Shown here: piece after piece, positions 1 to 12,340 of the stretch | How positions within the stretch are numbered: the stretch's first letter is position 1 | How the letters are laid out: each line of letters begins with the position of its first letter | Notes under the pieces: model-generated | What the model saw: the letters and a program-made list of their open reading frames with translations, nothing else | What the model was told of the DNA's origin: nothing | Databases searched by the model: none | Assembly: GCF_018977255.1 (NCBI RefSeq) | Contig: NW_024704757.1 | Coordinates: 13,826,001-13,890,000, forward strand | Length of the DNA stretch: 64,000 bases | Direction of reading: 5' to 3' | From: Callorhinchus milii | Taxonomy: Eukaryota | Position numbers and translations under genes: made by a program

Positions 1-1002
1 TAATTAGGATTTAACCCACTTGCGGCATCTCAAGCAGTTTTAATCAGACTGTAGCTTTGTAACTGTTTGAAAGCTTAACGACCACTAGTCATGGAAGGAA
101 AAATGTGCTGCTACTGTTAATGAGCAGAGATAAGAAGGAGTGCCGGTGAAGCTCTATTAATCTGCTTTATTTGCACCTTTAATATTTATGGCACGGAAGC
201 AAATTGCTAAGCCTTTCGATCTCTTCCAGCAAATATGGGTTGATTCGAGTCAACTTCTTTCTGTTGGTGACTCCGCTCGCCCTTTTGCTTTCTCCCTCTC
301 CGCCAAGTCTTACTGTCTTACTATTGAGCAGAAGTACTTGAGGAACAAGGCCACCAGGGAGGGGATGTTGCACGTGATCACAGAAGCTGACATGAAAGTA
401 ATTTGAGACAGATTTTACATTCAAACAACTGAACGCTAGATTTATAAGAAGACTTTGTCTGGATTAAGTAAATTGGGATCCTGTGATGCACTTTCCTTTA
501 GCGATTCAGGGACCTTATTTTGATAATAAAATCCTGGTTTTTGACATTGTGCCTATAATTGTGAAACATTTCAAAGCACTTGATGGAAACGGCCATCTGG
601 ACTGATTTGACATGCTCTGAGGGTTGTTTGAACAGCGAGTTTTGTAGCCGTTAAAAAAAAAACACACCGTGTATGTTCGTCAAAGATAGAATACCAAAGG
701 CTTGTAAAACATGACATCCCAGCACTTTGCGTTCGGATCAATGCGGGAATTTATTTGTGTTCAAAGTTGACACTCCAACCGCAATATGTCAAAGACCATG
801 GAGGAAAACGATTGCGAGGAGTTTAACTCTCCTCCGTGACCCACAGAGAGATGACTGGAAAACAGAATCGAAGAACGTGATGAAGGCAAAGAAAAGATGG
901 GAAGAATCCCCAGTGTTTCTGGACCATGGCAGCAGCATTAAAGTAACGAAAGCAAAAGCCTCTGTTCATCGGACTAATGGAAAGTTGACAAGAGAATGGA
1001 AT

Positions 1003-1024
1003 AGAGAGAGAGAGAGAGAGAGAG
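1003..1024. repeat. (AG)n microsatellite
   Basis: Pure AG run read directly. Confidence 0.95.
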
Positions 1025-1251
1025 TCACACAGGCTAGTGAAATGGGCGCCATTAGCAGCCGGGTTCAGTCCCTCGTGAGCTCTGCATTAGATATCATTAA
1101 AAATTTTAAACTGAATAATCAGAGTCAATGCAAAATAAGCTCCTGCAGAAGCTGAGTTAACAGCATCCCTGTGATACTTCCAGTTATACTGCAATGTTGC
1201 GGTGGAGTCCTTAACCCTTCCCGCTGCAACTAACACCAAAGGACCATAGTC

Positions 1252-1676
1252 ATTGTATTTCATACAACGCCTGTAATGTCGAAGCATCACAAAAATAATT
1301 GCTGGAAAGTGCGGTGACTGTGCACTTTTAGGCAAACTCCGCGACCAATTTGTACACAGCACGGCCCCACACACAGCCATAAGATGAATGATCAGATTTA
1401 TCCAGGGGAATTGTTGGCCAAGACACCATGGGAAACTCCTTTCTCTTTTCAAATCATTTCACTGGATGTATAACATCCACCTGAACAGGTAGACGAGGCC
1501 TTAGTTTAATGTTTCACCTGAGGGATAGTACCACTAACATTGCAGTGCTCCCCCAGCACTACACTAGAGAGTGAGTGAGACCTCGACTATGAGCTCAAGA
1601 TCCTGATGTGGAGCTATAACCCGCAAACATCCAACCCAAACTCAAGAGTGCTACCTACCAACTGAGCCAGGCTGAC
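1252..1676 (-). mobile_element. Near full-length Deu-domain SINE (family B; SacSINE1/AmnSINE1-like)
   Basis: Minus strand reads GTCAGCCTGGCTCAGTTGG (tRNA-like head, A box), then TGAAACATTAAACTAAGGCC..CCTGTTCAGGTGGATGT, GGTGTCTTGGCCAAC and the shared 3' module. Matches the copies at 22.0-22.4 kb and 39.3-39.8 kb. Confidence 0.85.
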
Positions 1677-2133
1677 GCACTTTGAGTCAAGCCGAAATGT
1701 ACTGAGCAAAGCTGGCAAAATGTGCAATCGTCATGGCAACGACCCTCAAGGAGTCCTTTATTTTAAAAAAAATAAAAGATAAAACACAAAAGACATTTCC
1801 TACATCTGTGCTGAAGATGATTTGACCCATAAGATCAAACGTAAAAACTAAAGCTTCTTCAAAGTTGACGTTTAGAATAATCTTCGGGCATTAAAAAGAA
1901 CTCAAACAATATGTGGACGTCAAATCGCTTGTATTGATCACTACAGTCTCAACCACACTTTGGAAATCTCTTTGATCTAGGCTAAATCTTTTTATACAGT
2001 TTGAAGTTCTTGCTGGAAAGTCTTCCTCTCTTTCTGAACTTCAAAAAGGTGGAAACCTGGATTCCAACCAGAGGGACTGAGTTCAAAACCAACCTTGACT
2101 GTTACTTGAATTGCCTCCATGGGAATGTGCATC

Positions 2134-2452
2134 ATAATATTAATCCTTGCATTTGATATCTCACCGAGAATGCCTCGAAACTCTTCACAAAAGTTTCTGA
2201 AAAGTGTGGTGTTTGTGCATTTGCATTTATGGACAGAAATGGCCAATTTTATCGGGAGGATTGTTGGCAGGACAAGGGGAGAATTTCTCTTCTCTTTTCC
2301 AACCGTGACATGGGATCTTTAAAGTCAATGTGGATTGTGGTTTAACACCTATTCCAAAGGATGTAGCTCCCCCAGTCATGCCCCGGAAAGTCACCTTAGA
2401 TTATAAATTCAAAGTCCCAATGTTGTGCTTGAACCAGCTGAGCCAGACTGAT
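2134..2452 (-). mobile_element. Deu-domain SINE, internally deleted and diverged
   Basis: ATCCTTGCATTTGATAT tail, ATGGGATCTTTAA Deu block, CTGAGCCAGACTGA head remnant. Confidence 0.75.
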
Positions 2453-4629
2453 ACCTAACAAGTTCTCAATTTGCTGGTCAGAGTTTGTCTCGTGATGAGG
2501 AAACAACATGAATCTTCTGCAAATAGAAACATAGAATCCCCGTCCACCAAAGCACATACTTTCCTTTCTGTCAAGTGTGTCTGTTGGATATATTGCTACC
2601 GTATCAACGGTGGTTGTGAATTATTCTACAGCCCAAACCATTGCATTCTCTGAAACTTTATTCTTTAAAATGGCCAATTCACTCCAGTGCCCACTCACAC
2701 TGGGCATCGAACATAACCAAATATATTCTTTTGGTTATTCTTGTATGGGCAGGCACTTATTTACAGTACTTAACCACATTTACACCAAGTCTTGCATACC
2801 TTACAGCAAATACTTCACGAATGAAAGCAATAATTTCAATCCTAAATACAGTAATTGCACTTTTCATTCACCAAATGTATGAATTGTACTTTGTACAATT
2901 GTGTAATTGCTTCAACATAGCATTGCTATGTACAAAATCACCCTCGTTCCACTCCTACTATGTAAAATTACACACGTAAGCAAAACACTCCGACGGCAAA
3001 TACTGATGCATTTGCAGAACAGAGTGATAACACTCCGTATCAAACGTAAGCATAATAATAATAATAATAATTACTAAATTGGATGCGGAACTATTATTTG
3101 CAAACATGCTATTTTTAATCTGCAGTTTGCTCAAATCCTGATTCCGGCAAAGTGGTCAATGTTTTTTTGGGCCAGGATTTTGCTACATTTGCCTCTTAGC
3201 TTCAGACTTTTATTATGTCGTTTCTCTAGTTCTACACTGTCTGGTGTCAACTCTGAATGCAATGCCTTGAGGGCTCGCTCGGCAATCTGAATGATGTGCA
3301 TGAGACATTCTCTGCCCCCATCGAAACGGAGACTGTGAAAAAAAAGGTTAAACCATAAGTAGGAAGAAAGTAATACTTTCCTAAGGTACCCAAGGCTGAT
3401 AGATGTTGCATCAAATATTTGCTTTGGGTAAAGTACCTGCAGATCACAACACACATTTCATCTGCTTCGAAAATCACTTTATCTCCTCCGAGTGCATTCA
3501 ACAGCTGCTTTTAATTTATAAGCACCGGTACGAATGCATTATTTCCACACTGTAGCTCTGCAGAAGGCACTATGATGACAGTCGAGAAGTTTGAGTGGTG
3601 CTTAATTTAGTGCTTAATCAGTAAAAGGCCTGTGGTGCGCGCTGGCTGTTCTGCAGGCTGCTCAATTTTTTCAGATAATTCCAGGATATACTTTATTGTG
3701 ACAGGACCTGAACGGTAGAATTCCAATATACTATACATCAGTTTCTCCATTATTGGATTAGCTAGATGAGGCATCATTACCGCAGTCCCCTCATTCCTGT
3801 CATTGATCCAATCTCTCTTTTTTTCTATTTCACAATTAATGCAAGTAGGCTGAATTGATCAATCTTCTAATGAGTTTGGGCTGAAGTCAATACATTCTTT
3901 TGGGTGCATGCTACAGATCAGTGTGTGTTATGGCCATTGCCACAAGATTTGACAATCGTGCAATACCTTTCTTGTTTGCCTCCTCTTATTTTCAAGACCT
4001 TTCTTTGCTCAGTTAGCAGCTGGCTTGCTAAATCGGGACAGATATATCACAAAATTATACCGTTTTGCCAGAATTGTGCTTTGATAAAAGGCTCTGTATA
4101 AAAATGAATTCTCCAGCCCATTAAACAAATGTGCTTTTCTTTTTTTTTTCCCTGAGACAAATTTCCGAAATAAATAAAAGCACTTGACCATCACAAAGAC
4201 TGAAGCGATCATTTATTTTCGCATCCGGGATTTAACTATTAGCCTCGTGAGTTTTGGTCACGTGAGACGAAGTATTCAAAGCACTGACCATCGGAAATAG
4301 GAACTTGTTGTGTTAAGGTTAGCTGGCACGTTGATGTTGATATACTTAATCGTGGTTCAAATGAAACAGCAAATGCACATCTTTAAACCGAGACCCTAAC
4401 TATTAAATTTGTCATCTCTGGACATTTGACCATCAACAATGATTTATCTGACCTCAAGAAAACCTTACTAACTAGATTCCTCTGTGATAGGATCAATGAG
4501 AGTTTGCAGGATATTGTATAATTGTCATTGCTTTTATTTTCTCCCGCTGTTTATACGCTTAGTGTGCTGGCTTATTTTTCTAATTTTCTCCCCACTGGCG
4601 TACAAAAATAATAAATGTAAACATGATAA

Positions 4630-4766
4630 CTTGGGTCACTCAATTGGCTGCCCCGTTTTGCCCGTAACATACACAATCAATCCACTTGACAGTATATCCT
4701 GTGAAGCGCTTTGAGACGTCTCGAAGACGTGATAAGGCGCTATGTCAAATGCAAGGATTATTATTC
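4630..4766 (+). mobile_element. 5'-truncated SINE 3' module
   Basis: GTGAAGCGCTTTGAGACGTCTCGAAGACGTGATAAGGCGCTATGTCAAATGCAAGGATTATTATT. Confidence 0.9.
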
Positions 4767-5645
4767 AGTATTATTATACACCTCTCGACTCTTGGTTTGG
4801 CCTCCCATTGCTGGGTGCAGGCTGCACCTCCAGTATTTGCCCAACGGTCACAGTGCACGTGTGAACGGGGGCAGTATGTTGGCAGGCCACTCGTTCGTCG
4901 ACTGAGCCAGTGGAGAATGAAGGAAGCCTTCGCTGACTGAGAACCCAAAGCACCTACAACCCTGCAAGTCTGTTAGAGGTAGCAAATTGTGTCTGTCTCT
5001 GTTCGGGTCATCAGAAGCCACCCCTCTGTGTTTTAATTGACCACTTGATGCATGAACCAAGCCTGTCTATGTGTTTTGTGAAATCTGTACAGCTCGGCTC
5101 GGGCAGTCTGCAATCTCCTGTGTTACAATATCATAACTGTCAACAAGATCTCTCACAAGATAAGACACCTTCCATGTCAAGTGTCTCTCTGTGATCAGCT
5201 GGGACCTACATCATGATTTGTAAAGACACACAGAGTTGCTGTGGCATTGTGAGAGTCTCACACGGAACATGTCAATATGCATTGTAAGCAGCGCTGAACA
5301 GCAAACACCACTCTCACAAGAAAGGAGGGCAGACACTTGACATTTCAGGGTCTTCTTATCAGCATTCGCAACCTAGGGCATCCCCAACTCGCTAAGCTCC
5401 CTCAGGCTGCAGAGAGTGAAATCTCAGGAGCTGACAGACAAAATATGTTTGCACGCATTATAATATCTGACGTACGCACTTACACATAGAAGGCTGCTCT
5501 CTGTCAAAGATGCCCAAAGTGCTAATGGCTGCGTTGCCAACATCATTCCACTCTTGTTTGCCATTTTCGTCTAAAAGAAGAGGTCAGATCTTTGCAATAC
5601 GATTCTAACTGCTGTTTCAAGCACTAGAGCTTCAGAGTAAGACAA

Positions 5646-5880
5646 TGGTAATAATTCTTTTATTTGATACGGCGCCAAAATATCTCAAAGCGCTTCAGAG
5701 TTATGGAATAACGTGTAGTGACTGTGTGTTTGTAGGTGATCACGGCAGCTGGTTTGCTCATAATAATAACCTACAAACAGCTGAACAATTTACTGCAGGA
5801 TTGTTGGGCAGGACACTGGGAGAAACTCCTTCTCCTTTCGAACAGTGCCATACGGTTTTAATGTCCATCTGAAGGATGGT
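5646..5880 (-). mobile_element. Deu-domain SINE, 5'-truncated
   Basis: Reverse tail TCTCAAAGCGCTTCA, GGCAGGACACTGGGAGAAACTCC, CAGTGCCAT..TTTAATGTCCATCTGAA. Confidence 0.8.
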
Positions 5881-6099
5881 ACCACACGTGGAAATGTTGG
5901 CCTGTACACAACTGTCACATGCACTGTTGGACTTTTAGTAGCTTTTAACATAATGCGGACTGTGGGGGTGAAAATTGTAACGTGTGATGTGTTAATCGTC
6001 ATCAACATCAGATCAGAAAAATAGACATCACACTTTCCATCCACATATTGTACAACTGTTTACTAAAAGTACAGACATAACTGATCACTTGTATGTGAA

Positions 6100-6228
6100 T
6101 GCCGGCTTTTCACCCACAAAATACACAATCAATTCAATTCACAGTGTATTCTGTGAAGCGCTTTGAGACGTCTCGAAGACGTGATAGGGCGCTATACCAA
6201 ATGCAAGGATTATTATCATTACTATTAC
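6100..6228 (+). mobile_element. 5'-truncated SINE 3' module
   Basis: CCCACAAAATACACAATCAATTC..GTGAAGCGCTTTGAGACGTCTCGAAGACGTGATAGGGCGC..GCAAGGATTATT. Confidence 0.9.
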
Positions 6229-7134
6229 TGGATTTTCCAAACGTTGCATTGGCTCGCCTGAAAGGTATGCATATTAATTTTAATAGTCATGTGTTTTGTT
6301 TTGTTTATCACTTTGTGAAGCACTATAATTGTCTAGCCTAAGATTAAAATTCAAACAGGAATCGTTGAATTCAGATGAGCGTTGCAAGTGAAGTAAAACC
6401 TCCATTGTGGTGGTCTTGGGGAGGGTTTTATTATCTGAACACCTTTAAATTAACTCAACCTTTAAAATGTAATGCTATGGGCCATTAAAATTGTTAAGTA
6501 CATTTCATTAGATATAAGAAGACTTCATTTTTCATGCGAAGGGTTTTAATGCTGGTTTCATAATAAATTCAGCAGGAAAAACTAATGGGAAAGAGAGCTT
6601 TATTAAATCACAGCTCTTGTATTTGATTGTGTGTGTTTGATCACTGACCCCAAAATGATGTCCTGCTGCAATTCTCATTCCACTCTGAATGGGCTATGGT
6701 ACCATTTTGTATGACCATTTCGTGTAGCTGAGTCAAAGGAGGTGCCATCCTTTGCGCCCACCACCCTCGCATCGAGACCCAGTTCAATGCATCACCGGCA
6801 GAGATTTTTTCAACAAACATCAGCCCTTGCCTAAGTGCACTTATGCCTATTTGTTAAATCCTGCCGGGATGCGGATTGCCAAATCTCATTCCGTAATGAA
6901 ACCGCACAATTCTCTCGACCTGCCACACGCCTGTTCCCTTCACATTTGCTCTGCCTCATATCAAATCATTTAGGCAATTATTATCTGCAATCAATATAAT
7001 ATGAGATACATTAATTTACTCCCTCGGAGAACTGCTCAGAATGAGAAGTATTGCTCCAGAAGCACTTTCATGAAGTCTGTGAGTGGCTATTGACTACGGC
7101 AAGCTCTTGTCAGGCTTGTCAGGCTGGTATCAAC

Positions 7135-7250
7135 AGCAGCATTCTGTGCACGTTCTGTCTACAAAATACACAGTCACTACACTTTGCTGTAAATCCTGCG
7201 AAGCGCTTTGAAGACATGAAAGGCCATGTAATTAATTATTATAATAATTA
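7135..7250 (+). mobile_element. Degenerate SINE 3' module
   Basis: CTACAAAATACACAGTCACTACACTTT..AAGCGCTTTGA. Confidence 0.75.
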
Positions 7251-7455
7251 TGAAAGAAACACTTGCAGGATTCTCACGCTTCACTCACTCTTTTTCGTAC
7301 ATTTCCTGAAGATTTTAATAAACACAGAATGGCTCTCAGGTTTTCATTTGTTCCAAAGGATTATATTCAAAATGTTGTATTAAAGGGGTAGCATTTTTTC
7401 TCTCTCTCTCCCCCCCCTACCCCAATCATCTGGTCCCAACTTACTGACTTAGAAT

Positions 7456-7560
7456 TATAATAATAATAATCCTTCCATTTGATACAGCACCTAATCAGAC
7501 ATCTCAAAGCACTTCACAGGATGTACTGTAAAGTGAATTGACTGTATATTTTGTGGGAAA
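7456..7560 (-). mobile_element. SINE 3' module
   Basis: (AAT)n CCTTCCATTTGATACAGCACC..ATCTCAAAGCACTTCACAGGATGTACTGTAAAGTGAATTGACTGT. Confidence 0.85.
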
Positions 7561-8269
7561 AATGGGGAAGAACAGCATCCTAGGAGTTTATAGTTTATAG
7601 TGGTGAATTGCCTTACGTAAGGTTTGTGTAAAATAAAATAATTTCTTTCTGTAATTAAAACGTTTCAGTCAATTTTGGGCAAGGAATCTCTCTCACTGAC
7701 CTTAGCACTTATAAATATGAAAATGCTCGGATACCATTTATCTCATGACCATCAAAAAAATTGAATCAATAAATTTAAATTTTGCTGAACACACACATGC
7801 AGAACTAACACATTCTGCCTACCAGGCATGTATCAAGGCCAGTCAGTCTTCAAAGCGCCACTCTTGCATTTATACGGTTAAAGGCTCATTTTACAATTCC
7901 TTCTGGATTCTAACAACTGTATATATTATTTTGCATATTTTAAAACAACTTGTCGATGAATAAAACAACACTCCCTACCCTTAGTCTCATTCCACGAGTC
8001 TGTTCCTTCTGCTGTCGTAGTTTCGTATCATGACATTTTTTTTCCCCTTTACTTATTGCCGTAAACTGTTACATGGCACGGACTGCGGGTCGTGTGAAAT
8101 TAAGTTCTACTTTCGCCACAATTGAAAATGGAAGGAAATCTTAACCGTACAGGATGGTACTTGTCCCACTATGATGGCTTGTTGCCTGTCTCGTCGATGC
8201 TTTGATTCGCAAAGGTTGGCGATACCGTCAAACCCCATCGATAAGCAAGCAAGCAACCAAGCAAACCAT

Positions 8270-8333
8270 CAACCACAACAACTTGCATTGATATCGCGCC
8301 CTTCACGTTGGACCGTGTCTCGGAGCGCTTGAA
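8270..8333 (-). mobile_element. L2-type LINE 3' terminus ((GTT)n tail)
   Basis: (AAC)n TTGCATTGATATCGCGCCCTTCACG..GGAGCGCTT, same terminus type as the L2 at 20607. Confidence 0.7.
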
Positions 8334-8639
8334 GGCCTGCAAAAATCCCTTGCAACCTTAGAACTGTTTCAAACCCAGAGAAAACCCACTTACCTTCCCA
8401 TCAAGGAGGATAAAATTTGACACGTCAATTTATCAATGTCACGAATGACATTGATGTCTCCCTTCTAGTCCGAGCTCTATTGACAAAACTACCCAGGATA
8501 ATAGCACCACTACAGAAAGAGGAGCAGTCAGCACCTACACAAATGTCTCTTTATCTCAATGTCCGGCCAAATTGATCAAGTTTGATGTTACGAGAAACCT
8601 AACGCTGAAACAATGCTTGGAGCTGATAGACACTTGACT

Positions 8640-8710
8640 TTGTCTTCGGACGTCCTTCTGATGTGAAGCGCGATACAAATGTAATTTGTTGTTGTTGTCG
8701 TTGCTGTTGA
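8640..8710 (+). mobile_element. L2-type 3' terminus
   Basis: GGACGTCCTTCTGATGTGAAGCGCGATACAAATGTAAT(TTG)n. Confidence 0.7.
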
Positions 8711-9111
8711 GCAATTTCGGTGAATGGTAGGCAGCTGAGCTTGAACTGAATTCAAAGTCCAACCTGAGGAAATTGACAGATGCTTCGAGGGGAGAAATTC
8801 ACCTTGGGTCTAGACTTTTCCGTGGCATTTTAGAGCAGGCAAACTTTGGACCAAATTAGGCTTTTTTTAACCACCAGTTTCAAATTAAATAATATTATTA
8901 TTATATAATGATACAATAATAATATATAATGATAATGGAACATTATTATATTATTATTAAAGTTAGTCGTCCAAATTTTCCACATTCTGAAATGCTATTA
9001 AAAAACAGTCTAAGTCTAGGACCCAGTTGAAATTGACCTTCACGAGAGAAATACTGGCCCACAAAGATATTGTTCCGTCTGAAAGTCAGTGCAAAGCTTG
9101 AGCCGGGATAG

Positions 9112-9189
9112 GGTTTGAAGCGCTCTGAGACGCCGTCCGGCGCGGAGGGCGCTATATAAATCCAAGTTGTTGTTGGTGTTGTTGTTGTC
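9112..9189 (+). mobile_element. L2-type 3' terminus
   Basis: AAGCGCTCTGAGACGCCGTCCGGCGCGGAGGGCGCTATATAAATCCAA(GTT)n. Confidence 0.75.
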
Positions 9190-9377
9190 ATCCTTGAAAT
9201 TTGCTTTTGATTTAATGGAATATTTAGAACCGAAGAACCAAATGCTATTTTAAAACCAGATGATTTTCACTCATTTCCTCGTAATCCCAGTTCTCTCTCA
9301 ATTGTTCTGAGTCAACTACCACTGCTTGATTGGAGGTGTATCTGTCTTTCCAATGTCTTAGTTGTGACTGCCACAAG

Positions 9378-9520
9378 ACAAATCATATTTATAGAGCCCC
9401 TTTCGCATCAGGAGGACGTCTCAAAGCCCCTGACACTGCTGGGGGCAGAGGCCGAAAGGGGTCGGAAGGGGGAAAGGTGACCGAAGGTGTGGTCAATGAA
9501 TGTTTGAAGAAAAAAGGAGG
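9378..9520 (-). mobile_element. L2 3' end fragment
   Basis: CATATTTATAGAGCCCCTTTCGCATCAGGAGGACGTCTCAAAGCCC followed by G-rich 3'UTR and ACCGAAGGTGTGGTCAA, resembling the ORF2 end of 20.7 kb. Confidence 0.65.
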
Positions 9521-10889
9521 TGCGTTGAAGAAAAAGGAATCAAATGGGTTGCCCAAAGCAACCTTGGGAGTGCTTTGTTATATTGCTTGGAGACAGGTAT
9601 TGCTGGAGTTTTATCATCTATGCTCTGTTGAGTAATAATGAACGGAAAACCCAATGGAAAGGGAAAAGTAACTTACTGGGGGGAATTTAATAGTTGGAAT
9701 AGCCTGGGGTTTGTGTTCAAGCGTTCCTGAATTGTTTCACTTGAGTGGGTTTCTCCTGCCCAGACGAGCTGCTAATGGACAGGACCAATGACAGATGCAA
9801 TATCAGAGCGTTGAAAAGTGCCTTTAAGATTGAATTTTACACTTCTCACTGAGAGGTGAAGCAAGCTAAGGAAAACCAAAAAGCTGTTGTCTCTTTATCA
9901 AACCTTGCACGTTCTGTTTCTTTCAACCCCCCCACCCCCCCACCACCGGCCCCACCCCTCCTCCTTGCTGCTAAATCTAAGTAAACCTGGGAGCAGCAAT
10001 ACAGGAGCTCAGAAACTCAGGGCAGAGATTTATGGCTGAAATATATTTCATGTCTCAAGTCCACAATCCGGCCTTTTAACCTGGGATCCTGCCAACTGCT
10101 CATAAATCGTCTTGAAAGAGGCAAACATTAACTCCATTACCTAATGCAGATAAATGCTAAATAATGCAAATGACTCAGAGGGGATGAAATTGCTATCCAG
10201 AGGCTTGTGAATTAAGACTGGTTTGGCCCTTCCATATGTTCGACCCTCACTTCTGACTCAATATTTATGCTGAAAGCAGACATAGCCGCCTTCAGCATGC
10301 TCGCTCACACATTAGATGACGGCTTCCGATTTTGTATTTTACAATCCTTGAGGCGATGTAGTAAGATCATAAAGTAAAATTTAAATATGAATAATATTAA
10401 TTATGAATAATATAATAATAATTATTATGAATAAACACTGAATAAATGTTCATTTAGAGCACTTAATAGTTTTTTTTCACTCCCCCCCACCGTCCCCGAA
10501 ACTTATTTTTCTTCTCTTTTTGCAAAACGGGTTCTAATTTGATCTTGAACTCAATTGCCAATATGCCTAGTGCTTTGCCTCAGCCACTGATACAGGCAGC
10601 TTGTAAATGTAAGTGCTCGGTAAAGTTTACTCCCTTTCATTCTGGAAAGTGTTTCTCCCCCGACTTGTCCTTAGCTCGCTCTACACCCCGCCCTGGGCTC
10701 AAATTCCCACTCGACCACCTAGCCCTGCGGGACTATTTCATCTTTAGTTTTGAGATTGCAACAGAATGGTGGAAAATTCATAAAATTCAGACTTAAGCTT
10801 GGTTCCCGCAGCTCTTAAGAAGAACCGCCTTCTAAATTCAGACTGAATTCCAGAAACTTACAATTCTGCACGATGTTCAATTTGGGCCA

Positions 10890-10985
10890 TGGCGTTTGAC
10901 AGACCTTCTTGCCGTTGAGACGTCTCAAAGCGCTTCACACAATACACTGTAAAGTGAATCGACTGTGTATTTTGTGGGCAAAAAC
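10890..10985 (-). mobile_element. SINE 3' module
   Basis: GAGACGTCTCAAAGCGCTTCACACAATACACTGTAAAGTGAATCGACTGTGTATTTTGTGGGC. Confidence 0.85.
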
Positions 10986-11574
10986 AAAAGATGTATCTTT
11001 GCATATCTCGCAAGGAAAATAAACGGAAGACTTGATTCAACTGAAAACATTATATTATTTAAAATCACTATCAACAAATATACACATTACTCGCACGCAC
11101 CTATTTTAATTTTAATATCGGAATCGATCCCTTGAGACGGTGCTAGTCTATTTTAGCCTCCCATCTTTCAAGGAATAATTTCAGACGCTTCTTCCTTTGT
11201 TTTTCAGCATCGTATTAAATCTCAGCAAAAAAAAACTGCTGAGACAGTCACTGCGAAGAGATGATTACAACACACCAATCTTTGTGAGTTATCTCGTTTG
11301 ATACGTAAATTGTTGTGAAGTTCCTCATAATTTTCCTTTATAGATTAAGTGCTGATTTTCAAAACTAAATGCATGCAGCTGCATTTGGTAAATGTAATTA
11401 GGTTACAATTGATTCAGACGCTTGTTGTAATAGACTGGAAAGTTAAATGACTATTGGTTTGTTGAATTGAGACTACTCACAAAATATTGATAAATCAAGC
11501 TTGCATCCGCTGAATACATGAAACTGTATGAGAGCAGTTAAGTCAAGGCTGTGGAGCACTACGGACATCACTGG

Positions 11575-11695
11575 GCAAACATTAGCTGTTGTGTTCGCCT
11601 ACAACACACCCAGTCACTACACTTTACAGGAAATCCTGTGAAGCGCTTTGAGAGATCAACCCGATGTGTGAGGCACTGTGTCAAAAGGCAAAGAT
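11575..11695 (+). mobile_element. SINE 3' module
   Basis: TTCGCCTACAACACACCCAGTCACTACACTTTACAGG..GTGAAGCGCTTTGAGA. Confidence 0.8.
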
Positions 11696-11997
11696 TTGGG
11701 TCGATGCCAAATGCACAAAAATGGAGTTTGTTTACAAGGTATTGCTGAGTAAATTTCGGGAAAAAATGTACACAGGTTTACAATCAATCATCAGTGGTGT
11801 CATTTCTGTTCTCTCATATTCAGTGCAATACTCAGGGAATAACCTGATATCAAATAAAAAACCAAACAAGACTCAAACTGGTATGTCGCTGCTAACAATC
11901 ATGAGAACTATATCTTTTGTATATTGCTATACAGCAAATATCCCAGCGGACAGCCAAAAGCTAAACCATGATTATGATACATAAACTAAAGATAACA

Positions 11998-12340
11998 TTG
12001 AACTCATATAGTCTGAGCTGACACTCGAATGCAAGGCTGGGGGGGAGGGTGCACTGAATTGTCAGAGATGCCGTCCTTTGGACGAGACATTAAACCGAGG
12101 TCCTGTTTGTGCTAGATTTGTCTAAAGATCCCACGGCACTGTTCGATAAAGAGAAGCGAGTGTCCTGGCCACTAATCACCCAGATGAAATTGGTCACTAA
12201 CTTCGCATCTGTTTGTGGGACATTGCTGAGGACAAAATTGGCTGTTGAGTTCGCCTACAAAAATACACAGCCACTGTACTTTGCAGTAGGGGACGTCCTC
12301 TTGAAGTGAAAGGAGCTGTATCAAACGTATCGTTATAAGA
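11998..12340 (+). mobile_element. Deu-domain SINE lacking most of the head
   Basis: GATGCCGTCCTTTGGACGAGACATTAAACCGAGGTCC..AAAGATCCCACGGCACTGTTCGA..GTGTCCTGGCCA, the Deu-domain blocks as known from AmnSINE1/SacSINE1. Confidence 0.85.

Noticed and set aside
4686-4940. Recurrent peptide [21 protein letters not shown] in many ORFs as a protein family
   Set aside because: It is the translation of the non-coding SINE 3' stem-loop.
11220-11244. Small hairpin TCTCAGCA..TGCTGAGA
   Set aside because: An 8-bp stem is expected by chance in 64 kb.
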